Shown here: positions 29,062 to 37,920 of the stretch, one piece after another
How the letters are laid out: each line of letters opens with the position of its first letter
Position numbering within the stretch: the stretch's first letter is position 1
DNA from: Bacteroidales bacterium
Lineage (GTDB): Bacteria; Bacteroidota; Bacteroidia; Bacteroidales; GCA-2748055
Direction: 5' to 3'
DNA: 64,000 bases
Assembly (NCBI GenBank): GCA_029210585.1
Contig: JARGFP010000006.1
Coordinates: 88,322-152,321, forward strand
Notes under the pieces: model-generated
Told to the model about the DNA's origin: nothing
Databases searched by the model: none
Seen by the model: only the letters and a program-made list of their open reading frames with translations
Translations under genes and position numbers: made by a program

Positions 29062-29253
29062 TTATTTATCTGTTCTTTTGTTTTCAGAGATCTGTTGACT
29101 GTCTGTAGCACGCATTTCACCCTCCTGTCCCCTGAGATTGTATACCATCAGTGCATCACCGTGCCTGACGTACAGCCTGCCATTAAAGATGGCGGGGCGT
29201 GCCCTGAAAGGACCTCGTCCTTCCTCTATTCTGGATGAGCTGCCGATTTGCAT
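29062..29253 (-). pseudogene. C-terminal remnant of a further PQQ-like propeller paralog
   Basis: SSRIEEGRGPFRARPAIFNGRLYVRHGDALMVYNL aligns by eye with the last blade of both flanking genes. Confidence 0.65.
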
Positions 29254-29303
29254 ATCCTCTTCATCTGGTCATTCATCCTGTCGTTTTCAACCAAACATGT
29301 CGC

Positions 29304-30506
29304 TCATTTCACCTGATAGGCGATCAGCGCCTTTCCATGACGCAGGTAGAGTACACCCTCATGGATGACAGGATGTGCCCAGTGCTGTTCTGACCCAATG
29401 GTCACCCGTGTCTTGCCTGCAAGGTCGAACTTCACAGGAGTTGCCCTTACCAGCACAAGTTCACCCATGTCGGAATAACCGAACAATTTTCCATCAGCCG
29501 AAATAGTGACACCCTTGCCAACCTCCATACTGGTCCATTCATCTTTTCCTGTTTGCCAATTGATACAACGCCATTCGCGGCTGTTATCACCTGAACCATA
29601 TATATATCCGTCAACCAGGACCGCACCTCCCATCCTGCTGTCAAATGGGGTTGTCCAGGCCAGCGCCACACTGGTTCCGTCTTCATTCAGCATCAGTTTC
29701 CCGCCTCCCTGGCCGTAGCCACTGAAAAAGAACAGGTCGCCATCGTAGTAAATCGGGGTGTTGGCGTGTACCGACCACTCATTGGGGTGTTTGTGTGTCC
29801 AGAGCACCTTGCCGGTTGTTGCATCAATACCGAGCAGGTGTGATTCGGTATGTGTAGAGAGTATTTTTCTTCCGTTATGGGTAAACAACAGCGGGGTACA
29901 GTAAGCCGAAAGCTCTCCTTTCCCGGGGCAGCTCCACAGCAGTTTTCCATTGCTGCGATCGATTGCCACCACACTGTTTTTCCCGCCAGGTGTAGCGTAA
30001 ATAATATTCCCGTCCACTACCGGAGTTTCATTGTATCCCCATTTGATGACCGAACCGCCAAGGTCCTTTACCATATCCACCTCCCATATTTTCTCACCAG
30101 TGCTTTCCATCATGCACATCAACTTACCGTAACCACTCACGAAGTAGATCCTGTCACCAACGATCACGGGTGTGCCCCTTGAACCGTAGAAGCTCTCCGT
30201 ATATTCCGGGCCATAGGCTTTTTTATACACCAGGTTTCCTTCCATATCCAGTTTAAAGAGGTACCCGGTTCCGTCTGTCATGCCTGCTGTATAGATATAA
30301 TTGCCGGCAACAACCGGTGAGGAATGGCCCTGTCCCAGTTCTTCGAATGTCCACAGAACCGCTGGTCCGGCGTCGGGCCAGGCATCCAGTAATCCGGATG
30401 CCGGATAAAGGCCATCAGTGCCATTTCTCCAGGCTGTTGCTTCCTGTGCATTGCTGTTCAGGGCAAGAAGGGTAAGAAAAAATGCAGCTAATAATTTGAT
30501 TTTCAT
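29304..30506 (-). CDS. PQQ-like beta-propeller protein (secreted), first gene of the operon
   Basis: Signal peptide MKIKLLAAFF..., AWRNG, GHSSPVV, and C-terminal WAHPVIHEGVLYLRHG. Confidence 0.85.
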   Translation of the reverse strand: MKIKLLAAFFLTLLALNSNAQEATAWRNGTDGLYPASGLLDAWPDAGPAVLWTFEELGQGHSSPVVAGNYIYTAGMTDGTGYLFKLDMEGNLVYKKAYGPEYTESFYGSRGTPVIVGDRIYFVSGYGKLMCMMESTGEKIWEVDMVKDLGGSVIKWGYNETPVVDGNIIYATPGGKNSVVAIDRSNGKLLWSCPGKGELSAYCTPLLFTHNGRKILSTHTESHLLGIDATTGKVLWTHKHPNEWSVHANTPIYYDGDLFFFSGYGQGGGKLMLNEDGTSVALAWTTPFDSRMGGAVLVDGYIYGSGDNSREWRCINWQTGKDEWTSMEVGKGVTISADGKLFGYSDMGELVLVRATPVKFDLAGKTRVTIGSEQHWAHPVIHEGVLYLRHGKALIAYQVK

Positions 30507-30581
30507 TGTTATATCCTTTAATTGTTCATATTTGTCGATGCGGTTCACAGTTTCGCCTGGAACCACCTTTTTTAAAACTTC

Positions 30582-30589
30582 CAAATTTA
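30582..30589 (-). promoter_or_regulatory. Bacteroidota -7 element for the propeller/Fe-S operon
   Basis: Minus-strand TAAATTTG about 75 nt upstream of the 30506 start. Confidence 0.5.
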
Positions 30590-30777
30590 TCATTTAAGTG
30601 CGCTGCTCAGAGGCATTTGGACCATTTTAGATATAATTCAGAATCATTCTGTATAAATCAGTAACCAGGTAAAAAAAAACAGTGATGCGGGGAGCACGCG
30701 GGTGAGGACAAACTTGCGATGATCTTTAAAAGCGAAGGGTTCCGACAGGCAAGAACAGGACTGCGATGCACGCCGAA

Positions 30778-30897
30778 GAGGCGGAAGGCAGCGGACAGGT
30801 GAAGGAAGGACTTCCAGGTGCCTTAAAGCAGTAGCTGCTGACATGTGGAAACAGACCCGCAACAGACCGGGGAGGCGGAAGGCAGCGGACAGGTGAA
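30778..30897. repeat. 26-bp perfect direct repeat, 2 copies
   Basis: GAGGCGGAAGGCAGCGGACAGGTGAA at 30778-30803 and 30872-30897. Confidence 0.9.
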
Positions 30898-31002
30898 AAA
30901 ACATTCAGCAGAGGCAACCTGACATGCAGGATAAGATGCGCGAGAACCTGTGTATTCAATTCAGCAGAATTTTATAACTTACACACTCTAAAACAAAACG
31001 TC

Positions 31003-31962
31003 ATGAAAAGAAGAGATTTTATTTCCAAAACTGCATTTTCCATTCCTATGATAAGCATGTTCCCGGCCGACCTTTCTTCAATTGGCATTGAACGAAAGAA
31101 AGGAAAAATCGAAAAACGCACCCTGGGGAAAACGGGGTGGAAGATCTCGGCCATCGGTTTCGGCGGTATCGTTGTCATGGATGCCACCACTGAGCAGGCC
31201 GCTGCACGTGTAAAGGAAGCCATCGGTTATGGAGTGAACTATTTCGATGTTGCACCAACCTACGGAAATGCCGAGGAGATGCTCGGTCCGGCCCTGGAGC
31301 CCTATCGCAAGGATGTATTCCTTGCCTGTAAAACGGGGAAACGCACCCGGGATGAAGCGCGTCGGGAGCTCGAAGAATCGCTGGAAAAAATGCGCACCGA
31401 CCATTTCGACCTCTACCAGTTGCACGCTGTTACCAAAATGGAAGATGTGGAGACCATTTTTTCGGAGAACGGGGCCATGAAGGCATTTCTCCAGGCCAAA
31501 GAAGAAGGACTGGTGCACCACCTTGGTTTTTCCGCACATTCTGTCGAAGCAGCTGTCGCACTGATGGAGCGTTTTGATTTCGATACGATCCTTTTTCCTT
31601 TCAACTATGCCTGCTGGTACCATGGCAACTTCGGTCCGCAGGTAATGGAAATGGCAAAGGAAAAAGAGATGGGCATCCTGGCACTGAAAGCCATGGCGTA
31701 CAGGCCGTGGCCTGAGGGTGCTGCGCGGACGATCGGAAAGGCATGGTATGAACCCCTGACAGAAAGAGAAGATGCAAGAAAAGGACTGCGTTTTACCCTG
31801 TCTCACCCCGTCACTTCGGCCATTCCCCCGGGAGATGAAAACCTGTTCTCTATGGCCCTGGACCTGGCACAGGATTTCAAACCAATGAAAGACAAGGAGA
31901 TCCTTGAGATGAAGCAGAAAGCGATGAATACGGAGCCTCTGTTCTCTTATCCGATGACGTAA
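31003..31962 (+). CDS. Aldo/keto reductase with twin-arginine-like leader
   Basis: MKRRDFISK; GVNYFDVAPTYG, ACKT, DLYQLH, LGFSAH. Confidence 0.9.
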   Translation: MKRRDFISKTAFSIPMISMFPADLSSIGIERKKGKIEKRTLGKTGWKISAIGFGGIVVMDATTEQAAARVKEAIGYGVNYFDVAPTYGNAEEMLGPALEPYRKDVFLACKTGKRTRDEARRELEESLEKMRTDHFDLYQLHAVTKMEDVETIFSENGAMKAFLQAKEEGLVHHLGFSAHSVEAAVALMERFDFDTILFPFNYACWYHGNFGPQVMEMAKEKEMGILALKAMAYRPWPEGAARTIGKAWYEPLTEREDARKGLRFTLSHPVTSAIPPGDENLFSMALDLAQDFKPMKDKEILEMKQKAMNTEPLFSYPMT

Positions 31963-31992
31963 CAGACTGGATTACAGACACCTTATCGTGTG

Positions 31993-32055
31993 TTCCCGGT
32001 AAACAGGGAAGCATTCCCGGCAGACAAGGAAGCATTCCCGACAGACAGGGAAGCG
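31993..32055. repeat. 21-bp tandem repeat x3, each unit hairpin-like
   Basis: TTCCCGGTAAACAGGGAAGCA / TTCCCGGCAGACAAGGAAGCA / TTCCCGACAGACAGGGAAGCG. Confidence 0.85.
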
Positions 32056-32137
32056 CTCACGGAATATGTATTTTTTGCGGGAACAGGTATTACATTCAAT
32101 ATTTTTACGCACAAATACGGTGGTGCGTGTAAAAAAC

Positions 32138-32212
32138 TGATCCCTGTCAGCTGAAATTTCTGATCACAAAGTATTGATGCAAGTGAGAAAGTGATCCCTG
32201 TCAGCTGAAATT
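32138..32212. repeat. 21-bp perfect direct repeat x2 with 33-bp spacer
   Basis: TGATCCCTGTCAGCTGAAATT at 32138-32158 and 32192-32212. Confidence 0.85.
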
Positions 32213-32347
32213 CCTGCTTCTATGCGGGAATGCTAAAGCGCGATCCCCTTCGAAAGGGATAACCGCTCAAACAGGGCTGCTGAAAAAGTTGCTTTTTTTT
32301 ATGGAATCATTGTACAAATTGCATCCTTCTGATAAACTCAAAAACAA

Positions 32348-34228
32348 ATGAAAAAAATCAGTTTTCTAATCCTTTGCCTGGCCATCGGCACCAGCTATGC
32401 GCAGGACCTGCCTGAAAAAGAGGTAACGACCGAAGTAAGTGAAGTCACTGTCTTTTTGGAAGGTGCACAGGTTACCAGGGAAAAATCAATTGCACTCGAC
32501 CAGGGAAAATCACTGGTAAAATTCGTGAAACTTTCACCGTTCATCGATGCAAAAAGCCTGCAGGTGAAAGCAGAAGGCGACATTACGGTCCTTTCGGTGA
32601 ATCACCAGCAGAACTACCTGGAGGAGATGGAAAGGTCCGAAGAACTGCAACAGCTGGAAAAAGCGCTCAAGGAGATCAATGAGCAGGTTATGCTGGAGCA
32701 AACCCACCTGTCGATTATCCGGGAGGAAATCGGTTTCCTGCAGGAGAACCGGAACCTGGGAGGCAGGAATGAGCAAGTGAGCGTTACCACGTTGCAGCAA
32801 GCGGCCGATTTTTACGGAAAGCAACTTACCACACTCAAATTGAATGATATAGAAAGAAGCAAGAACCTCAGGGAACTCAACAGGAAAAGTGCTGAATTGC
32901 AAAAACAGATCAGCGCCCTTTCCAGCAAAAAACAGTATCCTTCCGGTGAGATACTTGTAAAGGTGGATGCGGTCAGTGCAAAAACCTATACTTTCACTGT
33001 TTCCTACACGGTAAGCAATGCAGGCTGGTTCCCTTCCTATGATATTCGGGTGAAGGATATCTCCACCCCGGCGCAGTTGATCTACAAGGCAAATGTGCGG
33101 CAGGATACGAAGGTGGACTGGAAGAATGTCAGACTGGCATTTTCCTCCTCCGATCCGAACGTATCCGGGGTGGCACCGGAACTGCAGACCTATTATCTCA
33201 GCTACAACCTGCGACCCCCTACTTACGACCTGATAAGCAACAGTGTGAGCGGTAAGGTAATGGACAGTGAGGGTGGTGCTTTACCGGGAGCGAATATTGC
33301 CGTTACAGGAACGACCATCGGCACGGTGGCTGACTTCGATGGAAATTATTCCATCACCATTCCCAACAGTGCAAGCCAGCTCACCTACTCCTTTATAGGC
33401 TTTGAGAGTCAGACACTGCCCATCTCCGGACCAGTTATGAACGTGGCACTCGTGGAAAGTGCGGCGACGCTTGAAGAAGTCGTAGTGGTCGGATACGGAT
33501 CAGACAAAAGCGTGCGAAGATCACTGCAGAATAAAGCCAGTGGTGTTATAGCAGTAGATGATGAAATCCGAATCAGGGGAACCAGCAGCATCCCGGTCCC
33601 TGTTGCCCGGACAGAGAAACAAACCACGGTGGAATTTGAGATCGAAACGCCCTACACCATAAAGTCTGACAATAAAAGTTTCACTGTGGACATGCAGGTC
33701 TCGGAACTGCCCGCATTCTACCAGTACTATTGTGTCCCCAAGATCGACAATGATGCCTTCCTGATCGCAAATATCGTAGATTGGGAGCAGTACAACCTGC
33801 TGGAAGGTGAAGCCAATGTCTTTTTCGAGGAAACCTACGTGGGCAAGACCCTCCTGGATGTCAGGTTTGCCAGTGATACCTTGCAGGTTTCCCTTGGCAG
33901 GGATAAAAAAGTATCTGTCAGCAGGGAAAAGATCAGGGATTACACCAGCAAGCGGTTCATCGGCACGAAAAAGGAGGAAACCAGGGCATGGAAGACCACG
34001 GTAAAGAACAACAAGAACAGGGAGATCAGCATGGTGCTGATCGACCAGGTACCTGTCTCTGCATCCGATGAGATTGAAGTGGACGTGCAGAAAATCTCGG
34101 GGGCAACACATGACAGGGAGACCGGTGAGATCAAGTGGGAATTTGACTTAGCACCTTCGGCTGCCACCGAATTTGAACTCAGGTACGCTGTCAAACATCC
34201 AAAAAACCGGGTCCTGATTATTGAATAG
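32348..34228 (+). CDS. DUF4140/DUF4139 protein with inserted CarboxypepD_reg-like domain
   Basis: VTVFLEGAQVTR, coiled coil, AGWFPSYDIR; internal SGKVMDSEGGALPGANI...GTVADFDGNYSI; DQVPVS. Confidence 0.85.
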   Translation: MKKISFLILCLAIGTSYAQDLPEKEVTTEVSEVTVFLEGAQVTREKSIALDQGKSLVKFVKLSPFIDAKSLQVKAEGDITVLSVNHQQNYLEEMERSEELQQLEKALKEINEQVMLEQTHLSIIREEIGFLQENRNLGGRNEQVSVTTLQQAADFYGKQLTTLKLNDIERSKNLRELNRKSAELQKQISALSSKKQYPSGEILVKVDAVSAKTYTFTVSYTVSNAGWFPSYDIRVKDISTPAQLIYKANVRQDTKVDWKNVRLAFSSSDPNVSGVAPELQTYYLSYNLRPPTYDLISNSVSGKVMDSEGGALPGANIAVTGTTIGTVADFDGNYSITIPNSASQLTYSFIGFESQTLPISGPVMNVALVESAATLEEVVVVGYGSDKSVRRSLQNKASGVIAVDDEIRIRGTSSIPVPVARTEKQTTVEFEIETPYTIKSDNKSFTVDMQVSELPAFYQYYCVPKIDNDAFLIANIVDWEQYNLLEGEANVFFEETYVGKTLLDVRFASDTLQVSLGRDKKVSVSREKIRDYTSKRFIGTKKEETRAWKTTVKNNKNREISMVLIDQVPVSASDEIEVDVQKISGATHDRETGEIKWEFDLAPSAATEFELRYAVKHPKNRVLIIE

Positions 34229-34294
34229 GCTGTCGGTACTACCCTGCAACCTTCTTACTTAGCTTCCAGTTGATGGTTATTTCAACAGGTGTTT

Positions 34295-34807
34295 TTATTG
34301 CCCATGCATTGCGGCCATTTTTTTCATGCGCGCAACAGCAACAAGCACATACACCAGTGCACCACCCGCGATCCCGAAAACAATCGGGTCCAGGCCGAGG
34401 GGCAGGTCGGCGCCTGCCAGGATCAGGGTCAGTGATACAGCACCGCCGGTGATCATGGAATAGAAGGCGGCCACAGGATCGGGTCTCCTGTGCACGAGAG
34501 CCGCCAGAACGGGCACGAACATTCCAGCCACCATGAACGCGTAGGAATGCAGCATGAGTTCCAGGACATTTTCCATCGACATGGCCAGCAGGAGGGCCGA
34601 TGCACCGATGGCGAAGGTGATCACCTGGGAATACCTCAGGCCCCTGTGGTTGTTGTGTTGTCGCAGCACATCGGTAAGGAGGTTACCTGAAGCGGCCATC
34701 ATACAGCTGTCGGCAGTGGACATAATCGCGGAGAAATAGGCGGAAATCACCAGCCCGAGTATCACAATGAGGTAGGCGACGATGATGAGCAGGTCAAATA
34801 TATGCAT
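34295..34807 (-). pseudogene. Sodium:solute symporter (PutP-like) with large in-frame internal deletion
   Basis: The first TM (DLLIIVAYLIVILG) is joined directly to the late SSS motif SAYFSAIMSTADS. Only 170 aa, against roughly 450-500 aa for the family. Confidence 0.75.
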
Positions 34808-34818
34808 GTGGTTCAGGG

Positions 34819-35022
34819 TTAGGAAGCCATGTACCTGGATCCATCTCCATGGACCAATAGTTTTTTGTCAAGCAGGGAATTCAGCACACGCTGTCCGTGG
34901 TTGGCTGAAAGCCCGAGCCTCATAATGATCTCTACGAATTTCATCTGCCCGCTTTCTTCCAGCAGGCTCAGCATTTTCCTTTCATAAGGATCAAGGTCCT
35001 TTAATACTTTTTGTTGACTCAT
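34819..35022 (-). CDS. Small winged-helix-like protein
   Basis: ERKMLSLLEESGQMKFVEIIMRLGLS...LNSLLDKKLL wHTH pattern. Confidence 0.55.
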   Translation of the reverse strand: MSQQKVLKDLDPYERKMLSLLEESGQMKFVEIIMRLGLSANHGQRVLNSLLDKKLLVHGDGSRYMAS

Positions 35023-35042
35023 AATTTACTGTTTCTGTTGTT

Positions 35043-35249
35043 CTACTGTTCAGAAAAAGGATGGATATCATCACGCACTTCCTTCCCTTGTTCGAGCAAA
35101 TTGTGCCGTGCACAGTTTTTCCATCCTTTTTTGCCACGGTTACAAAATACATTTCGCAACAGATGGAGCGGCATCTGATTCACTTCTGTCCTGCCTGCAT
35201 AAACAGGACACTCCTCTGCATATCCGCATCTCAATCCTAAATTCATCAT
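35043..35249 (-). CDS. Small 4-Cys protein, hypothetical
   Basis: C-x5-CP...FC-x8-CAR; lies 4 nt after the ablB stop. Confidence 0.6.
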   Translation of the reverse strand: MMNLGLRCGYAEECPVYAGRTEVNQMPLHLLRNVFCNRGKKGWKNCARHNLLEQGKEVRDDIHPFSEQ

Positions 35250-35253
35250 AGCT

Positions 35254-36219
35254 TCAATTTACGTGCTTGTACAGCACATTCATACTCTCAATGTTTCCGG
35301 CGATATTGGTGTTGTTGATCAGGGTGCCCGAATATTCATAACCATGTTTCAGGAAAGTCTTGTTCATGGGCAATGAATTAAGCCTGGCGATGGTATACAG
35401 TGTTTTGATTCCCTCTGTTTTCATCTCCTTTTCCATGGCCCCGAGGAGGTGATACGCTGCCCCCTTGCCACGTGCCTTCGGCAATGTTGCAAAATCTGTC
35501 ATCTCCGCATTCTTTGCTGCAGGGTCCATTTCAGCAGATGAGAGCGCAACCAGCGCCTCCCTTTCCCTGATCCCAAAATAGCGGATGTGGTCACGCATGG
35601 TCTTCCTGATGTAATTGGGATCATGGATCGGGAAAGGATAGCTCCTGAATACCTTTTTGTACACTTCAGTAATTGCGTCGGCATCCTTTTCCTCAAGGGC
35701 GCTGACCCCATGGTCATCCTGGCTCTTCCCTCTGTCATAGCCGGACATCCGGATGCCTGGTTTTTCTGCACCTGCAACCCGTTCTCCTGCCAGGACATCT
35801 TCTTCTACTGCCATTTTTTCCCTGACAGCTGTCTCGTTACCCGCCCTGCTTGCTGCCACACCTTCGATTGTTGCATGTGTTTTCAGTATCCTGCTAAACT
35901 GCATAAGCGCGTGGTTATCAATTCCAAGCAGCCGGTCGGAATTGAGAAACTTTGACATGAAGCACACACCTTCCGTTCCGAAAAAAAAACCTGGGATAAA
36001 GGCCTCCATGATAAACCCGTCGGCATTGAACACCGGTGCTGCCCAGGCCGGAACCTTACAGAATATTTTGCTATAGCCCCGTTCCCTGGCCAGGAGTGTC
36101 AGCAGTGAAGTGATGCTGCCCACATCCTGTTCATCCAGTTTGATAAGGTAAATCCGTTTGTTGTGTTCGCCGTGTTGTATGGTTGAATTTGTTCCAATGA
36201 TCTCTATTTTATCCTGCAT
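35254..36219 (-). CDS. ablB: Beta-lysine N-acetyltransferase (GNAT)
   Basis: QHGxxNxRIYLIKL, [54 protein letters not shown]; overlaps the end of the aminomutase gene. Confidence 0.9.
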   Translation of the reverse strand: MQDKIEIIGTNSTIQHGEHNKRIYLIKLDEQDVGSITSLLTLLARERGYSKIFCKVPAWAAPVFNADGFIMEAFIPGFFFGTEGVCFMSKFLNSDRLLGIDNHALMQFSRILKTHATIEGVAASRAGNETAVREKMAVEEDVLAGERVAGAEKPGIRMSGYDRGKSQDDHGVSALEEKDADAITEVYKKVFRSYPFPIHDPNYIRKTMRDHIRYFGIREREALVALSSAEMDPAAKNAEMTDFATLPKARGKGAAYHLLGAMEKEMKTEGIKTLYTIARLNSLPMNKTFLKHGYEYSGTLINNTNIAGNIESMNVLYKHVN

Positions 36220-37150
36220 GTTCATCTCTTCTTTGAATACGTTCATTGTTCTCCGGCACAAGTGAAATCGTATCGTTTTCGTCCTGCAACAATTTCTCAA
36301 TACCGATTGAATCAATTTCCTCCCCTTCACCCAGTTCAAGGTCGAGGTTACATTTCTCACAATCCCTGTCACAAAATTTTGGTTCGTAGGTGTCCGGCTC
36401 CTTGTAGGTAGTAATCACACCCTCATAATTTCGAAGCACAACACGGTTGGTGGACCACGAAATAATATAGTTGGGCATCACCGGAATCTTACCTCCCCCA
36501 CCGGGCGCATCAATAACGTAGGTAGGCCGCGCAAAGCCACTGGTATGCCCCACCAGGCTCTCCATGATTTCTATGCCCTTCCCGATGGGTGTCCTGAAAT
36601 GTGACAATCCTTCAGCGAGGTCGCACTGGTAAAGATAATACGGACGAACCCGGTTTTCCACCAGCTTGTGCAGCAAAGATTTCATGATGCGCGGACAATC
36701 ATTCACATCAGCCAGCAGCACCGACTGATTCCCAAGCGGGAAACCTCCATCGGCAAGCCTGGCGATTGCTTCCCTGGAGGAGGTGGTTATTTCCCAGGGG
36801 TGGTTAAAATGGGTATTGATCCACACGGGCTGGTATTTCTTCAGTATGCTGACCAATGCATCCGTGATGCGGTAAGGCAGTACAACAGGCATCCTGGTCC
36901 CGATGCGTATCACCTCCACATGTGGAATGCTGCTGATTTCCGAAAGGAGCCAGTCAATCCTGGAATCAGGCAGCATGAATGGATCTCACCCGGAAAGCAA
37001 TACATCGCGTACCTGGGGCGTTTTCCTGATATATTCGATCCCTTTGCCCAACTGGTCCTTTGTGGGTACAAAATCGACATCTCCCACCTTGCGTTTGCGT
37101 GTGCAATGCCTGCAATACATGGAGCAAATGTTGCTCACATGGAACAACAG
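36209..37150 (-). pseudogene. ablA: Lysine 2,3-aminomutase (radical SAM), 5'-deleted with in-frame TGA
   Basis: [22 protein letters not shown] (TGA at 36986-36988 where SGGDP is expected), [25 protein letters not shown]. The N-terminal region is absent. Confidence 0.85.
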
Positions 37151-37172
37151 CCGGGTGGCAGGCATACATAAA

Positions 37173-37661
37173 TCATTCATTTTCTGCATCATTCAAATCC
37201 CCCTCCATGGTCAGCAGGGGCGACGCTTCAACTTCCTGTAAATTCAGTATTGTCACAAGCGTATCCAGTCCTTCCTCCAGGATTTCCAGTTTTTCAGGTT
37301 CGAGGTACTGTAATTTTTCTGATAATTGTTCGTGCAGAAGCGAAGGTATCCGGGAAAGCAGTTCCTCCCCGTCGGATGTAAGTGTGATATTCACCACCCT
37401 TTTGTCACCCGACCTGGGAAGCCGGGCAACCAATCCTTTTTTCTCAAGACGGTCGATGATGCCGCTTGCAGTACTTGAGTTCAGGTTCATAAACTTCCTG
37501 ATTTCACCTTGTGTAGCCCGGTATAAAGCTGCATTTTGCAGGTAATTCAGGCACAGCACCTGTGGTATGCTCACGCCATATTCTTTCTGTATCTTCTTCG
37601 ATTCCAGGTTGATGGACCTGACGATCTTTCGGACTTTGATCAGAATTTCGGTTGTATCCAT
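37173..37661 (-). CDS. MarR-family regulator (EctR/CosR-like)
   Basis: [24 protein letters not shown]...[18 protein letters not shown]...[10 protein letters not shown]. Confidence 0.88.
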   Translation of the reverse strand: MDTTEILIKVRKIVRSINLESKKIQKEYGVSIPQVLCLNYLQNAALYRATQGEIRKFMNLNSSTASGIIDRLEKKGLVARLPRSGDKRVVNITLTSDGEELLSRIPSLLHEQLSEKLQYLEPEKLEILEEGLDTLVTILNLQEVEASPLLTMEGDLNDAENE

Positions 37662-37920
37662 AATAAGGTTGATGTCAATACATGTTTCCTTTTGTATGTA
37701 CAGAAATAAATATCCTGTTGTAAATATAGGCAAATGCAGTCAATACCTTTCGATGGGAGACCGCAAGTTAAGCAACCCGGAATTACTGCAGCAAGGACAA
37801 GTTGGGAGTTACAAAGCTGGTAATAAATTAATCCAGAAAAAAATTGGGATTATACCAAAGTTCACGGTTTTTCACATATATTTATCCTCTGTGTTATATG
37901 AATAACAGTTTCAAACTACC

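Noticed and set aside
16070-30506. Annotating the propellers as BamB or as PQQ alcohol dehydrogenases
   Set aside because: There are five divergent copies with no lipobox, no bam/der context and no recognisable quinoprotein active-site motifs. Only the fold is supported.
32138-32212. Possible mini CRISPR array (21-bp repeat, 33-bp spacer)
   Set aside because: Only two short repeats, no third unit at the same period, and no cas genes in the window.
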